Positions 20,323 to 30,711 of a stretch of 64,000 nucleotides of DNA are shown piece after piece. Both the position numbers and the translations under genes were made by a program. The DNA lies in assembly GCA_963700935.1 (NCBI GenBank), contig CAVOZK010000023.1:51357-115356 (forward strand). Reading direction: 5' to 3'. Each line of letters begins with the position of its first letter. Positions within the stretch are counted from its first letter, which is position 1. This DNA comes from an uncultured Alphaproteobacteria bacterium (GTDB lineage Bacteria; Pseudomonadota; Alphaproteobacteria; Rhizobiales; Aestuariivirgaceae). The notes beneath the pieces were generated by a model. The model saw only the letters and a list, made by a program, of their open reading frames with translations, was not told the origin of the DNA and ran no database searches.

Positions 20323-20773
20323 TGCCGCTTCCTTTCATGGTGAGTCGCAGTCGCGGCCATAATCGGCAGAAAGCATGCATTGGCAAGGCAAATAACGGCA
20401 TTTCAGATCGCTAAGCCCACCAGGCCAACAGCGTCGCCGGCATGCGAACCCTGCATGCCCTTTCAGGATTCTATCTATTGGTGCAATTAAATTATTTTTA
20501 CTATTTTTTGTTGCATTCATCCGAGAATCTGCAATCCTGCACACCAAGAACGGCACGCAAGACAGACAGAGCACAAACAGCTGATTGACCCTCAGGGAAA
20601 ACATGGTTCGCGAAACTCAAACGGCTGGCCGCATCATGCAATGCACACAGTGGTCACTGTGACTTTTTCGCCACATTTTTCAAAAATTGATTCGTCTACA
20701 GAAAATGCGCTTCCTTGTTGCCCAAAAATTATTCAATTATTCCGCCTAAAGAATAACAGCAGGGACGGCAAGA

Positions 20774-21559
20774 ATGTTCAACAGCAAGATTATCAGTGCC
20801 GTGTTGATGGCAGCGGCACTTGGCGTTTCAGCGGCAGCCGCCAGTGCCGGCGACTGGGATGGCTTCTATGGCGGCATTCACTTTGGCTATGGTGCCGGCG
20901 ACTCGGACGCAACCGGGGCCCTCATCGGCGAAAGCCGTACATGCTTCATCGGTTGCTCGCCATGGACGCCTTATAATGTTGGCCTGACCGACAGCTTCGA
21001 CCTGAATGGCGTATTCGGCGGCGGGCAGGCTGGATACAATGTTCGCCGCGATAGTTTCGTGTTCGGCCTCGAGGCGGACGTCAGCAAGTCGGACATCTCG
21101 ACCTCGGGCAGCAATGCCCTGGTCGACATTTTCGGTGGCGCCATTCAGTTGGGCTCCTTCAGCACCAGCATCGACTGGTACGGAACGGCACGTGGACGCG
21201 TCGGCCATTTGCTGGATGACAATCTGATGGTCTATGCAACCGGCGGTCTTGCATTTGGTGATGTCAGCAGCACGATGGGCGTGAGCCTTGGCGGCGGCGG
21301 GACAAGCACCACCTCGTCCGACATTCAACTTGGCTATGCAGTAGGTGGCGGTGTTGAGACCTCTGCATTCAGCAACATGAGCATCAAACTCGAATACCTT
21401 TATGTCGATCTCGGCAGCTCCGACATTTTCAACGAGGCTCTGCCTCCGCTCAATGTCATCTTGCTGCAAACCAGGAACAACGCTGCCGTCGGATCGGCAG
21501 ATACGGCGTTCCATACGGTAAAGGTCGGCGTCAACTGGCATTTCAATTGGCCGATGTAA
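20774..21559 (+). CDS. Omp25/Omp31/RopB-family outer membrane protein
   Basis: Signal peptide, WDGFYGG, GGGQAGYN, FGLEAD, GTARGRVG, YATGGLA, KLEYLYVD and VGVNWHF. Confidence 0.88.
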   Translation: MFNSKIISAVLMAAALGVSAAAASAGDWDGFYGGIHFGYGAGDSDATGALIGESRTCFIGCSPWTPYNVGLTDSFDLNGVFGGGQAGYNVRRDSFVFGLEADVSKSDISTSGSNALVDIFGGAIQLGSFSTSIDWYGTARGRVGHLLDDNLMVYATGGLAFGDVSSTMGVSLGGGGTSTTSSDIQLGYAVGGGVETSAFSNMSIKLEYLYVDLGSSDIFNEALPPLNVILLQTRNNAAVGSADTAFHTVKVGVNWHFNWPM

Positions 21560-21582
21560 ACTAGGGAAAGTGCTGCTAACGC

Positions 21583-21616
21583 AAGGACCCGGCCTGATCT
21601 CTCAGGCCGGGTCTTT
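21583..21616. terminator. Rho-independent terminator, probably bidirectional
   Basis: GACCCGGCCTGA/TCAGGCCGGGTC 12-bp stem between convergent omp and nlpD. Confidence 0.8.
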
Positions 21617-21651
21617 CATGTCGTCCAGTCGGTTTGCGGGGCCCTGCAAAC

Positions 21652-22956
21652 TCAGTTCGAGGCTGTCTGCGAGGTAAGGTACTTCATCGGGTCGACCGGC
21701 GTTGCGCCCTGGCGAACCTCGAAGTGAACCTGCGGGCTGGTCACCGAGCCGGTCTGGCCGGCCTTGGCGATCACGTCGCCCCGACGAACGGTGTCGCCGC
21801 GCTTGACGCTCAGTTCCTTGTTGTGGGCATAGGCCGTCACCCAGCCGTTCTGGTGGCGGATGAGCACCAGGTTTCCATAGCCCTTCAGCTCGTTGCCGGC
21901 ATAGGCAACCACGCCGGCTTCCGCCGCGCGCACTGCAGTGCCCTCAGGCACGGCAATGTTGATGCCCTCATTCTTGGTGTTGTTCGGCTTGGAGCCGAAC
22001 TTCGAGATCACCCGTCCCTTCACCGGCCAGCGGAAGATGCCGGAGCCGTTGCCATCATCGGCCTCCATGGTGACCTGCTCGGTCACCGGCTGGCGCTGGC
22101 TCTCAACCTGGCCCGGCAGCGGCTGTGGTGCCGCCTGCACTGGCTGACGGGCGGCCAGGTCCTGCTGCGGCAGGCTGGTCGGGGCGGAATTCGCGATTGG
22201 CGACGAAGACCGTGCACCGGCGCCGGGAATGGTCACTCGCTGGCCGACATTCAGGCCCGCATTGGTGGACAGTCCGTTGGCGCGGGCGATCTCGTGCGGA
22301 TGCACGTTGTAGGTCCGGCTGAGCGAGTAAAGCGTTTCGCCGGGGCGCACGACATGCGACCCGCCGGACTGCTGCGGCGCAAGGTTGGCGGCCGTATGCT
22401 GTACCGGTGCGGAGGCATTCTGCACGGTCGGCTGCGGCGATACCGGGCTGGCGGCGCCCGGCACCACGAGGCGCTGGCCTACTGACAGAGTATATGGCGC
22501 TGAAATGTTGTTGGCACCGGCAAGCTGGCTCACCGTCAGACCGTTGGCGCGGGCCAGCGAGTACATCGTCTGGCCAGGCTGCACGGTAATGCTGCCGCTC
22601 TGGGCCGGCTGGTACGACGGGGCCACGGCCGGCGCATTGTAGGCCTGCTGCCGTGGCGCCTGGTTGTAGGCCGGTGCGGGCGGCGTGTAGCCGGCATTCG
22701 GCGAAGGCGCGTTCTGCCAGGACGGACGGGCCGTGGCGACACGATCACCGGTGAGCGGCGACGATTTAACCGACTCTACGGCGGCGGACCGGGTTTCCTT
22801 CTTGGAAACCGAGTTGGTCGCGATGCTCGGATAATCCGCAAACCGGTCGACCGAACCGGAGCACCCTGCAAGCAGGGCCGCGGTGGCGGTGAACGCGAAA
22901 AGACGGGAAATTTTGGTGGCGGACTTGGTGCCGCAGGAGAAGATGCTCATACCCAT
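21652..22956 (-). CDS. nlpD: LysM/M23 peptidoglycan endopeptidase-like lipoprotein (NlpD/DipM-like)
   Basis: Lipobox LLAGC, two LysM repeats, C-terminal M23 domain (YAHN, HFEVR), downstream of surE-pcm. Confidence 0.88.
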   Translation of the reverse strand: MGMSIFSCGTKSATKISRLFAFTATAALLAGCSGSVDRFADYPSIATNSVSKKETRSAAVESVKSSPLTGDRVATARPSWQNAPSPNAGYTPPAPAYNQAPRQQAYNAPAVAPSYQPAQSGSITVQPGQTMYSLARANGLTVSQLAGANNISAPYTLSVGQRLVVPGAASPVSPQPTVQNASAPVQHTAANLAPQQSGGSHVVRPGETLYSLSRTYNVHPHEIARANGLSTNAGLNVGQRVTIPGAGARSSSPIANSAPTSLPQQDLAARQPVQAAPQPLPGQVESQRQPVTEQVTMEADDGNGSGIFRWPVKGRVISKFGSKPNNTKNEGINIAVPEGTAVRAAEAGVVAYAGNELKGYGNLVLIRHQNGWVTAYAHNKELSVKRGDTVRRGDVIAKAGQTGSVTSPQVHFEVRQGATPVDPMKYLTSQTASN

Positions 22957-23007
22957 ACCCCAAACTCAAACTGACAGACTGGACTGATTGGGATAGTGAA
23001 CTGTTTA

Positions 23008-23024
23008 GGTTAAGGAGGGGTTTA
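23008..23024. promoter_or_regulatory. CtrA-like binding site upstream of nlpD
   Basis: GGTTAA-ggagggg-TTTA, one mismatch to TTAA-N7-TTAA. Confidence 0.6.
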
Positions 23025-23083
23025 TCGCCTCGGCAATTATCACGAAAGCGGGTTTAATCGCCTGAATTCGCCAAAAACCGGCA

Positions 23084-23728
23084 TTACATTCCTTTCGCGA
23101 TACCCTCCACAAGCGGCACGAACCTTACCGGCAGCAGGCTCTCGCGCTCAAATCCTTCTTCCGTCCGGGTGATGCGCAACAGTTCCTGCTTGCCCGGCGA
23201 CACCTCGACAGGAATGACCATGATGCCACCCACCGCCAGTTGCTCCAGCAGCTTGCGAGGCAGCTTCTTCGCCGCCGCCGTCACGATGATGCGGTCGAAC
23301 GGCGCTTGCGCCGGCCAGCCCTTGCCGCCATCTCCCAGCACGGTGGTGACATTGGCCAGCCGAAGTTCCCTGAACCGTTCCTCGGCCGCTTTCATCAGCG
23401 TGCGGTACCGCTCCATCGTGTAAACACGGCGGCACAGCTGGGCGAGTATTGCCGTCTGGTAGCCGGAACCGGTGCCCACCTCGAGCACCTTCATACGGTC
23501 ACCCACCATCAGCCGGTCGGTCATGAAGGCGACGATGAACGGCTGCGACAGCGTCTGCCCGCATTCGATCGGCAGAGCCTGGTCCGCATAGGCGAGGTCC
23601 CGGAAGGCAGCGGGCACGAACATCTCGCGCGGCACCGTCTCGATGGCCGCAAGAACTCGCGTGTCACGGATGCGCTGGGCCCGCAACGACATGATGAGTT
23701 CGATTTTCTGTTGGTCCGTTGCAGCCAT
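23084..23728 (-). CDS. pcm: Protein-L-isoaspartate O-methyltransferase
   Basis: GQTLSQP, VLEVGTGSGYQTAIL, APFDRIIVTAA and VRFVPLV. Confidence 0.95.
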   Translation of the reverse strand: MAATDQQKIELIMSLRAQRIRDTRVLAAIETVPREMFVPAAFRDLAYADQALPIECGQTLSQPFIVAFMTDRLMVGDRMKVLEVGTGSGYQTAILAQLCRRVYTMERYRTLMKAAEERFRELRLANVTTVLGDGGKGWPAQAPFDRIIVTAAAKKLPRKLLEQLAVGGIMVIPVEVSPGKQELLRITRTEEGFERESLLPVRFVPLVEGIAKGM

Positions 23729-23773
23729 CGCCCGTGCCCCTTGGCCCCCGCTTGCCGCTGGCCCTGCCCTCTT

Positions 23774-24571
23774 CTAGCCGTCGTTGCCGAGGCTGTTGAG
23801 GTGCACCAGCGCATCAAGCTGGGTAAGATTGGTGTGCAACGGCGTCACCGAAATCATCCCGTTGTAGACGGCGTGCAGGTCGGTGCCTGCCGGCGGCTTC
23901 GACTGGTGCCGCTTGAACCCGATCCAGAAATAGTCGCGCCCGCGTGCATCGGTGCGCTGATCCAGCATCAGCAGGTTCTGGTCGCGCTTGCCCTGGCGGG
24001 TGAACTCGGTGCCCTTCACCTCGTTCGGCCCGCAATCGGGAAAATTGATGTTGAGCAACACGCCCGGGCCGATCTGCACGTTTGCCAGCCGCCGCACCAC
24101 GTCTGCCCCGTGCGCACGGCCCGTGTCCCATGGCACGTCAGACCCGTTGATGCCATAGGTCTGGCTCAGCGCGAACGACTTGATGCCAAGGGCGGTGCCT
24201 TCCATGGCGGCGGCGATGGTGCCGGAATAGGTCACATCATCGGCGATGTTCTGGCCCCGGTTGACCCCGGACAGGATCAGGTCCGGCTCGTCCGGCATGA
24301 TATGGCGCACGCCCATCAGCACGCTGTCGGCGGGTGTTCCATCGACGGCATACTTGCGCGGACCCAGTTTGCGCATCCGCAGCGGGTGTGACAACGAGAT
24401 TGACCGCCCCGCCCCGGATTGCTCACGCTCCGGCGCCACCACCCAGACGTCGTCGGACAGCTCGGCCGCAATGGCCTCCAGCACCTCAAGGCCCGGCGCG
24501 TTGATGCCGTCGTCATTGGCCAGCAGGATGCGCCAGTGCTTGCCGTCCGGGTGTGTGAGCATGCCGGTCAT
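23774..24571 (-). CDS. surE: 5'/3'-nucleotidase SurE
   Basis: [28 protein letters not shown] and [11 protein letters not shown]. Confidence 0.96.
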   Translation of the reverse strand: MTGMLTHPDGKHWRILLANDDGINAPGLEVLEAIAAELSDDVWVVAPEREQSGAGRSISLSHPLRMRKLGPRKYAVDGTPADSVLMGVRHIMPDEPDLILSGVNRGQNIADDVTYSGTIAAAMEGTALGIKSFALSQTYGINGSDVPWDTGRAHGADVVRRLANVQIGPGVLLNINFPDCGPNEVKGTEFTRQGKRDQNLLMLDQRTDARGRDYFWIGFKRHQSKPPAGTDLHAVYNGMISVTPLHTNLTQLDALVHLNSLGNDG

Positions 24572-25845
24572 GCGCCAATCACCTCGACACCGCCCATGTA
24601 GGGTCTGAGAACGTCCGGTACGGCGATAGTGCCGTCCGCCTGCTGGTAGTTCTCCATCACTGCGATCAACGTGCGGCCCACCGCAAGCCCGGAACCGTTC
24701 AAGGTGTGCACAAACTGGGTGCCCTTGCCGCTTTCGTCGCGAACGCGGGCATTCATGCGCCGGGCCTGGAAATCACCGCACACCGAACATGACGAGATTT
24801 CGCGATAGGCGTTCTGGCCCGGCAGCCACACCTCGATGTCGAAGGTAAGCCGCGCGCCAAAGCCCATGTCGCCGGTGCAAAGCGCAATCACCCGGTACGG
24901 CAGTCCGAGGCGCTTAAGCACCTCCTCGGCGCACCCGATCATGCGGTCAAGCTCGGCGCGGCTGTCCTTCGGCGCGGTTATCGAGACAAGCTCCACCTTG
25001 GGGAACTGGTGCTGGCGGATCATGCCGCGCGTGTCGCGCCCCGCCGCGCCCGCTTCGGCGCGGAAGCACGGCGTCAGCGCCGTCACCCGCATCGGCAGTT
25101 GCGACGGCTCCAGGATCTGTTCGCGCACCAGGTTGGTCAGCGACACTTCCGCCGTGGGGATCAGCCAGCGGCCATCAATGGTGCGGAACAGGTCTTCGGC
25201 GAACTTCGGCAACTGGCCGGTGCCAAACATTGCTTCATCACGCACCAGCAATGGCGGGTTGATCTCGGTGTATCCATGCTCGCCCGTCTGCAGGTCCAGC
25301 ATGAACTGGCCAATGGCGCGTTCCAGCCTTGCCAGCCCGCCTTTCAGCACCGTGAAACGCGCGCCGGACATCCGCGCGGCCGCCTCGAAGTCCATCAGGC
25401 CCAGTGCCTCGCCCAGCTCGAAATGCTGCCTCGGCTCGAAGCCGTACTGCTGCGGCTCGCCGACCCGGCGAACTTCCTTGTTGTCTTCCTCGCCCGCCCC
25501 GTCCGGCACCTCGTCCAGCGGCAGGTTGGGCAGCGTCGACAAGGCCTCTGTCAGCGCGTCGGTAAGCTTGCGCTCTTCTTCCTCGCCAGACTGGATGAAG
25601 CCTTTCAGCTCACCCACCTCGGCCTTGAGCGCTTCGGCCCGGTCCTTGTCTCCGGCTCCCATGGCCGCGCCGATTTCCTTTGAAGCCGCGTTACGGCGGG
25701 CTTGCGCGTCCTGCAGTTTTTGCACATGGCTGCGGCGCGCTTCGTCCAGCGCGATCAGCCGGGCGGCCTGCGGCTCCAGCCCGCGCCGGGCCATGCCGGC
25801 ATCGAAATCTTCAGGGTTTTCACGAATCCAGCGGATATCGAACAT
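24568..25845 (-). CDS. serS: Serine--tRNA ligase
   Basis: [41 protein letters not shown] and [12 protein letters not shown]. Confidence 0.97.
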   Translation of the reverse strand: MFDIRWIRENPEDFDAGMARRGLEPQAARLIALDEARRSHVQKLQDAQARRNAASKEIGAAMGAGDKDRAEALKAEVGELKGFIQSGEEEERKLTDALTEALSTLPNLPLDEVPDGAGEEDNKEVRRVGEPQQYGFEPRQHFELGEALGLMDFEAAARMSGARFTVLKGGLARLERAIGQFMLDLQTGEHGYTEINPPLLVRDEAMFGTGQLPKFAEDLFRTIDGRWLIPTAEVSLTNLVREQILEPSQLPMRVTALTPCFRAEAGAAGRDTRGMIRQHQFPKVELVSITAPKDSRAELDRMIGCAEEVLKRLGLPYRVIALCTGDMGFGARLTFDIEVWLPGQNAYREISSCSVCGDFQARRMNARVRDESGKGTQFVHTLNGSGLAVGRTLIAVMENYQQADGTIAVPDVLRPYMGGVEVIGA

Positions 25846-25977
25846 GGGGAAGGTCACTCGGCAGAAATCGATGAATCACATCCCGGCAGACGCCGGAGAG
25901 TGCGGCCTGTATAGGCGGCTCGTGTGGCAAGGTAAAGCGCGCGGCGCGCAGCGCGCCTTGATCCGGCGCAAGCTGCC

Positions 25978-26817
25978 TCAGGCCGTGCCGCTTTCGCCGG
26001 CAGCCTCGTCATCCTCGTCTTCGGCGTCGCGCTCTGCCTGCTGCTTCTTCTCCACCATGCGCACGGTCCATACCGAGGCCTCGTAGAGCAGCAGCAACGG
26101 TATGCCGAGGCCCAGTTGCGAGAACGGGTCAGGCGGGGTGAACACCGCTGCCGCAGCGAAGATGCCGACAATGGCGTACTTGCGCTTCTCGCGCAGCCCG
26201 TCAGAGGTGACAATGCCGATGCGGCCCAGCAACGTCAGGATGACGGGCAGCTGGAAGCAGATGCCGAACGCCAGGATCAGCGTCATGGTGAGGCTGAGAT
26301 ACTCCGACACCTTGGGCAGCAGCTCGATCACCGCCTGGCCCTCGGCTCCGGCCTGCTGGAACGAGATGAAGAACCGCATGGCGATCGGCATGATCATGAA
26401 GAATACCAGCGCCGCCCCCATGATGAACAGGACCGGCGTGGCATAGAGGTACGGCTTGAAGGCCGCGCGCTCGTTGCGATACAGGCCCGGCGCCACGAAC
26501 ATGTAGATCTGCGTCGCGATCACCGGAAACGCCAGGAACAGCCCGCCGAACAGGCCGATCTTCAACTGGGTGAAGAAGAACTCCTGCGGGGCGGTGAAAA
26601 TCAGCCGCAGGTCTTCAGCCTTTTCGCCCACTGCCCATTGGTAGGGCAGCAGCAGGAAGTTGAAGATCTTGTCGGCAAAATAGAAGGACACGACGAAGGC
26701 AATTGCGAAGCCGATCACCGCCTTGATCAGCCGCGAGCGCAGTTCCGCAAGATGTTCGATCAACGGCGCGCTGGAGGCCTCGATTTCGGCCTCATCGGTG
26801 TCTGTGCGCTTGCTCAT
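25978..26817 (-). CDS. tatC: Twin-arginine translocase subunit TatC
   Basis: [25 protein letters not shown] and TPPDPFSQ. Confidence 0.96.
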   Translation of the reverse strand: MSKRTDTDEAEIEASSAPLIEHLAELRSRLIKAVIGFAIAFVVSFYFADKIFNFLLLPYQWAVGEKAEDLRLIFTAPQEFFFTQLKIGLFGGLFLAFPVIATQIYMFVAPGLYRNERAAFKPYLYATPVLFIMGAALVFFMIMPIAMRFFISFQQAGAEGQAVIELLPKVSEYLSLTMTLILAFGICFQLPVILTLLGRIGIVTSDGLREKRKYAIVGIFAAAAVFTPPDPFSQLGLGIPLLLLYEASVWTVRMVEKKQQAERDAEDEDDEAAGESGTA

Positions 26818-27182
26818 GCCTTGTTTTCACCGGACTTGGCCGGCTCGGCAGCAGGCTTGGCGTCTGCGGCCTTGTCAGCGGAAGGCTTGGGCGACTCGGC
26901 CGGCTTGTCCACCTTGCCTGGCGAGCGCGGCTTGTCGTCCAGCAGGCTCTTGGCGGACATGCCGCTGGTCGCCTTGTTGATGTCCTTCTTGAGCTCGTCG
27001 AGGCCGGTGTCGCGCGCGGCTTCCTCGATGTGGCCCTGGAACTCGCGTGCGAGCCCCCTTACCTTGGTCATCACCTGGCCGAGCGTACGCAATACCTTTG
27101 GCAAGTCGCGCGGACCGATCACGATCAGCGCGATGATACCCAGAACAATCAGTTCCGTGCTGCCGATGCCAAAGTCGAACAT
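26814..27182 (-). CDS. tatB: Twin-arginine translocase subunit TatB
   Basis: [28 protein letters not shown]. Confidence 0.93.
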   Translation of the reverse strand: MFDFGIGSTELIVLGIIALIVIGPRDLPKVLRTLGQVMTKVRGLAREFQGHIEEAARDTGLDELKKDINKATSGMSAKSLLDDKPRSPGKVDKPAESPKPSADKAADAKPAAEPAKSGENKA

Positions 27183-27265
27183 GAGGTGTCGCGTTCCAGT
27201 ACGCTAGCAACGCTGCCGCTGGGGCCGAATGCGGCCCTCGCGGATGCGAGCCATGTGCGAGGGAC

Positions 27266-27499
27266 TTAGCTCTTCGCCTTGTCCTTCACCTTCTCGACGG
27301 CTTCTCCAGCTTCGTGTTCAATGGTCTTGGCAGCTTCTGCCGCATTGTCCTTGGCATCATCGACTTCTTCGGCGATGCCCTTCTTGAAGCTCTTGATGCC
27401 CTTGGCAACGTCACCCATCAGCTCGGAAATCTTGCCGCGGCCAAACAGGATGACCAGCAGCAGCACGATGATGATGATTTGCCACGGTCCGATAGACAT
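27266..27499 (-). CDS. tatA: Twin-arginine translocase subunit TatA
   Basis: [38 protein letters not shown]. Confidence 0.95.
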   Translation of the reverse strand: MSIGPWQIIIIVLLLVILFGRGKISELMGDVAKGIKSFKKGIAEEVDDAKDNAAEAAKTIEHEAGEAVEKVKDKAKS

Positions 27500-27636
27500 G
27501 AAAATTCTCCCTACACACGAAAGGCTCCACCCGAGCCAGTCTGAAAAGTGGGCGCACTATTGCAGAAAGCCATGAGCGCCGCAACACGGCCTCGGGGCGC
27601 ATTCGCCGCACCGGTTAATTCACCGCTCAAGTGGGG

Positions 27637-28755
27637 TTATTCAGCCGGATTGTCAAACACCAAAACGTGGTCGAGGTCGAGGCGGAACCAGGCCGTATCG
27701 CCGAGGTTCGGGCAGCCTGTCGTGGCCACGCGGGCAAACACAACCTCGTTTAGGCCCTCGAACTGCAGCGAGAGTTCAACCTTGTCGCCGAGGTAGCGCT
27801 GATCCACTACCGTGGCCGGCAACGCGCCTTCAAAACCGTTCGAGGCGCGCACGAACGCCTGCGGACGCAGCATGACCAGCGCCGGGCCTCCCTCCTCGCC
27901 ATCCTTGACTGGAAAATTGCCAAGCGGCGTCTCCGCCTTGCCATCGACAATGCGCACGCGCAGCTCGTTCACATCGGAAAAGAACCGCGCCGCCTGCGGG
28001 TCAGCCGGGTGCCGGTACAGATCGTCCGGCGTGCCGATCTGCACCACCCTGCCCTCGCGCATAAGCACGATGCGGTCGGCCATGCCCATCGCCTCTTCCG
28101 GGTCATGGGTAACGAGGATCGAGCTCGCCCTGGTTTCCTTGAGAATAGCCAGCGTCTCGTGGCGAACGTGCTCTCGCAGCCGCTGGTCGAGGCCGGAGAA
28201 CGGCTCGTCCATCAGCAGCACCGCCGGGCGCGGCACGATGGCCCGCGCCAGCGCCACGCGCTGCTGCTCGCCGCCCGAGAGTTCATGCGGATAGGACTGG
28301 GCCAGATGGTCAAGCCCGACCCGCAACAGCGCCGAATGCGCCGCGCTGTCGGCGCTTTTCCGGTCCACGCCCTGCAGGCCGAAGGTCACGTTGCCCAGCA
28401 CAGTCAGGTGCGGAAACAGCGCATAGTCCTGGAACATCAGCCCCACCGAACGCTTCTCCGGCGGCACGAACGTCCGGTCCGAGGCCACTTCCGCATTGTC
28501 GAGCAGGATGCGGCCCGAATCCGGCCGCTCGACGCCCGCCGCCAGCCGCATAAGCGTGGACTTGCCACAGCCCGACGGCCCCAGCAGGCAGATGATCTCG
28601 CCCTGCTTCAGCTCGAACGACACGTTGCGCACGGCCTCCGTCTCGCCAAAGGCCAGCGACACATCGTCGAAGGTGACGGACGAGGCAAACGCCGCTGCGG
28701 CGGTGCCGCGCGGACCCCACCGGCCCCGGGAGGTTCTGTGAAGGACGTCAGTCAT
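27637..28755 (-). CDS. ABC transporter ATP-binding protein, FbpC/PotA-like with TOBE domain
   Basis: GPSGCGKST, MFQDYALFPH, LSGGEQQRVALARA, DEPFSGLD and VTHD. Confidence 0.9.
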   Translation of the reverse strand: MTDVLHRTSRGRWGPRGTAAAAFASSVTFDDVSLAFGETEAVRNVSFELKQGEIICLLGPSGCGKSTLMRLAAGVERPDSGRILLDNAEVASDRTFVPPEKRSVGLMFQDYALFPHLTVLGNVTFGLQGVDRKSADSAAHSALLRVGLDHLAQSYPHELSGGEQQRVALARAIVPRPAVLLMDEPFSGLDQRLREHVRHETLAILKETRASSILVTHDPEEAMGMADRIVLMREGRVVQIGTPDDLYRHPADPQAARFFSDVNELRVRIVDGKAETPLGNFPVKDGEEGGPALVMLRPQAFVRASNGFEGALPATVVDQRYLGDKVELSLQFEGLNEVVFARVATTGCPNLGDTAWFRLDLDHVLVFDNPAE

Positions 28756-28823
28756 GCTGGCCGCGGTGATTACACGAGAAGTGCGGGAAATGCCAATGCT
28801 TCCCGCCCTGCAGGACGCGCCCC

Positions 28824-29708
28824 TCATCGCTCCTCGTCGAGCACCTCGGGCAGGTTCATGTTGAGGGCTTCCTCCGGCTCGTCGTCGCCGGTTTCGTCGT
28901 CCACCTCGTCGGGCAGGTGCATTTCCAGCTCCGGCTCGAACTCGTCGCCGTCCAGCGGGTCTTCATCCGGCCCCAGCGCATCGTCATCCCTGGGCGAGGG
29001 AATGAACATGTCCGGCGGCAGGTTGCCGGACAACAACCCCGCTCCCTTCAGCTCCGCCATGCCCGGCAGGTCGCGCACGCTGTCCAGCCCGAACTGTTCG
29101 AGGAAGGCGTCCGTGGTGCCGTAGGTCACCGGGCGGCCCGGCGTGCGGCGGCGGCCGCGCATCCTGATCCAGCCGATCTCCATCAACATGTCGAGCGTGC
29201 CCTTGGCAGTGGCAACACCGCGAATTTCCTCGATCTCGGCCCGCGTCACCGGCTGGTGGTAGGCGATGATCGCCATGACTTCGAGGCCGGCGCGCGACAG
29301 CTTCTTCTGCTCGGTCGCCTCCTTGCGCAAAAGGAACGACAGGTCTTCGGCGGTTCGCAACGCCCATTTGCCGGCCACCCGCACCAGGTTCACCCCGCGC
29401 ATCGCATAGTCTTCCTGGATCGCGGCCAGAAGTGCGGGAATGTCGGCATCCTTCGGCAGCGCCACCGCTAGGTCCTTCTCGGCCAGCGGCCTGGAGGCGG
29501 CAAAAAGCAGGGCCTCGACCACGCGGCGCTGCTGCACTTCGGGCATCTGTCCGGACAGCGCATCCGCCTTGCGCATCAGGTAATCCGGCAGGTCGGAATC
29601 GTCCGCCGGCGCAGCTTCGCCATCAGGCGCGGCACCAGCCACGGCAGCGTCCTCGACCGCCTCGCCGGCGTCTCCCATGTCTTGCGGTTTCACAGCTTCT
29701 TTCGCCAC
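28824..29708 (-). CDS. scpB: SMC-Scp complex subunit ScpB
   Basis: VEALLFA, IIAYHQPVTRAEIEEIRGV, PGRPVTYGTT and an acidic tail. Confidence 0.95.
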   Translation of the reverse strand: MAKEAVKPQDMGDAGEAVEDAAVAGAAPDGEAAPADDSDLPDYLMRKADALSGQMPEVQQRRVVEALLFAASRPLAEKDLAVALPKDADIPALLAAIQEDYAMRGVNLVRVAGKWALRTAEDLSFLLRKEATEQKKLSRAGLEVMAIIAYHQPVTRAEIEEIRGVATAKGTLDMLMEIGWIRMRGRRRTPGRPVTYGTTDAFLEQFGLDSVRDLPGMAELKGAGLLSGNLPPDMFIPSPRDDDALGPDEDPLDGDEFEPELEMHLPDEVDDETGDDEPEEALNMNLPEVLDEER

Positions 29709-29763
29709 GTCTCATCAGCCCCATAGACGGACAGGCAACGTGCCTGTCCCGTTCCCCAATTCA

Positions 29764-30591
29764 TCAACCGGCCCGTGCCCGGCGCATGTAGATCGGCTCG
29801 AAGTGCCGCTCCTGCCGCACCTCCAGCACGCCCTCGCGCGCCAGCTCAAGCGATGCGGTGAACCCCGACGCAATCACCGAGCGACGCTTTTCCGGCTCCA
29901 CCAGGTATTGCACCAGATAGGTGTCGAACCGGCCCCAGTCGTCCATCTGCCCCAGCATGCGTTCAAGCGCAATGCGCGCTTCCTTGAGTGTCCACACCGG
30001 CTGCCGCCTGATTTCGTAGTTGCGGTGCGCCACGGAGCGTTGACGCCGCTGCGCATAGGCCTGCAGCAGATCGATCAGCGTATCAACCCACTCAAGCTGC
30101 CTGTCGACCACCACTGGCTCCGGCCAGCCGCGCTGGAACACGTCGCGTCCCAGCCGGTTGCGCGACATCAGTTTCGCCGCCGCATCGCGCATCGCCTGCA
30201 GCCGCTGCAACCGAAACTGCAGCCGCGCGGCCAGTTCTTCCGGCGGCGGCTCGTCGTCGTTGTTGTCGTCCTTGGGCAGCAGCAGCCGCGACTTGAGGTA
30301 GGCGAGCCACGCAGCCATGACCAGATAGTCCGCCGCCAGCTCCAACTTCATCCGCCGCGCATCCTCGATGAACACGAGGTATTGCTCGGCCAGAGCCAGG
30401 ATGGAAATGCGCGTGATGTCGACCTTCTGGGTGCGCGCCAGTTGCAGCAACAGGTCGAGCGGCCCGGCGAACCCGTCAACATCGACGAGCAAAGGCTGCC
30501 CCTCGTCCTCCGGCTCCGGCATCAGCCGCACCGGCCCCTCGCCATCCGGCCAAAGGTCGTCCTGCGCTTGCAGTTGTTTCACGTCGCTCAT
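29764..30591 (-). CDS. scpA: Segregation/condensation protein ScpA (kleisin)
   Basis: FAGPLDLLLQL, AADYLVMAAWLAYLKSRLLLP and LELAREG. Confidence 0.95.
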   Translation of the reverse strand: MSDVKQLQAQDDLWPDGEGPVRLMPEPEDEGQPLLVDVDGFAGPLDLLLQLARTQKVDITRISILALAEQYLVFIEDARRMKLELAADYLVMAAWLAYLKSRLLLPKDDNNDDEPPPEELAARLQFRLQRLQAMRDAAAKLMSRNRLGRDVFQRGWPEPVVVDRQLEWVDTLIDLLQAYAQRRQRSVAHRNYEIRRQPVWTLKEARIALERMLGQMDDWGRFDTYLVQYLVEPEKRRSVIASGFTASLELAREGVLEVRQERHFEPIYMRRARAG

Positions 30592-30596
30592 TCAGA

Positions 30597-30644
30597 TGCC
30601 CACATATGGCGCTCAACTTGTGGAAAGTACACCACATATAGCTG
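30597..30644. promoter_or_regulatory. Tandem NrdR-box-like motifs upstream of scpA
   Basis: TGCCCACATATGGCGC (30597-30612) and ACACCACATATAGCTG (30629-30644), 32 bp apart, compared with consensus acaCwAtATaTwGtgt. Confidence 0.55.
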
Positions 30645-30711
30645 CGTTGGCCATGCCTGACAGCCACCTTGTGGAGTTATCCTCAAGTGATGTGGCGGGC
30701 GTGAGGCCGCG

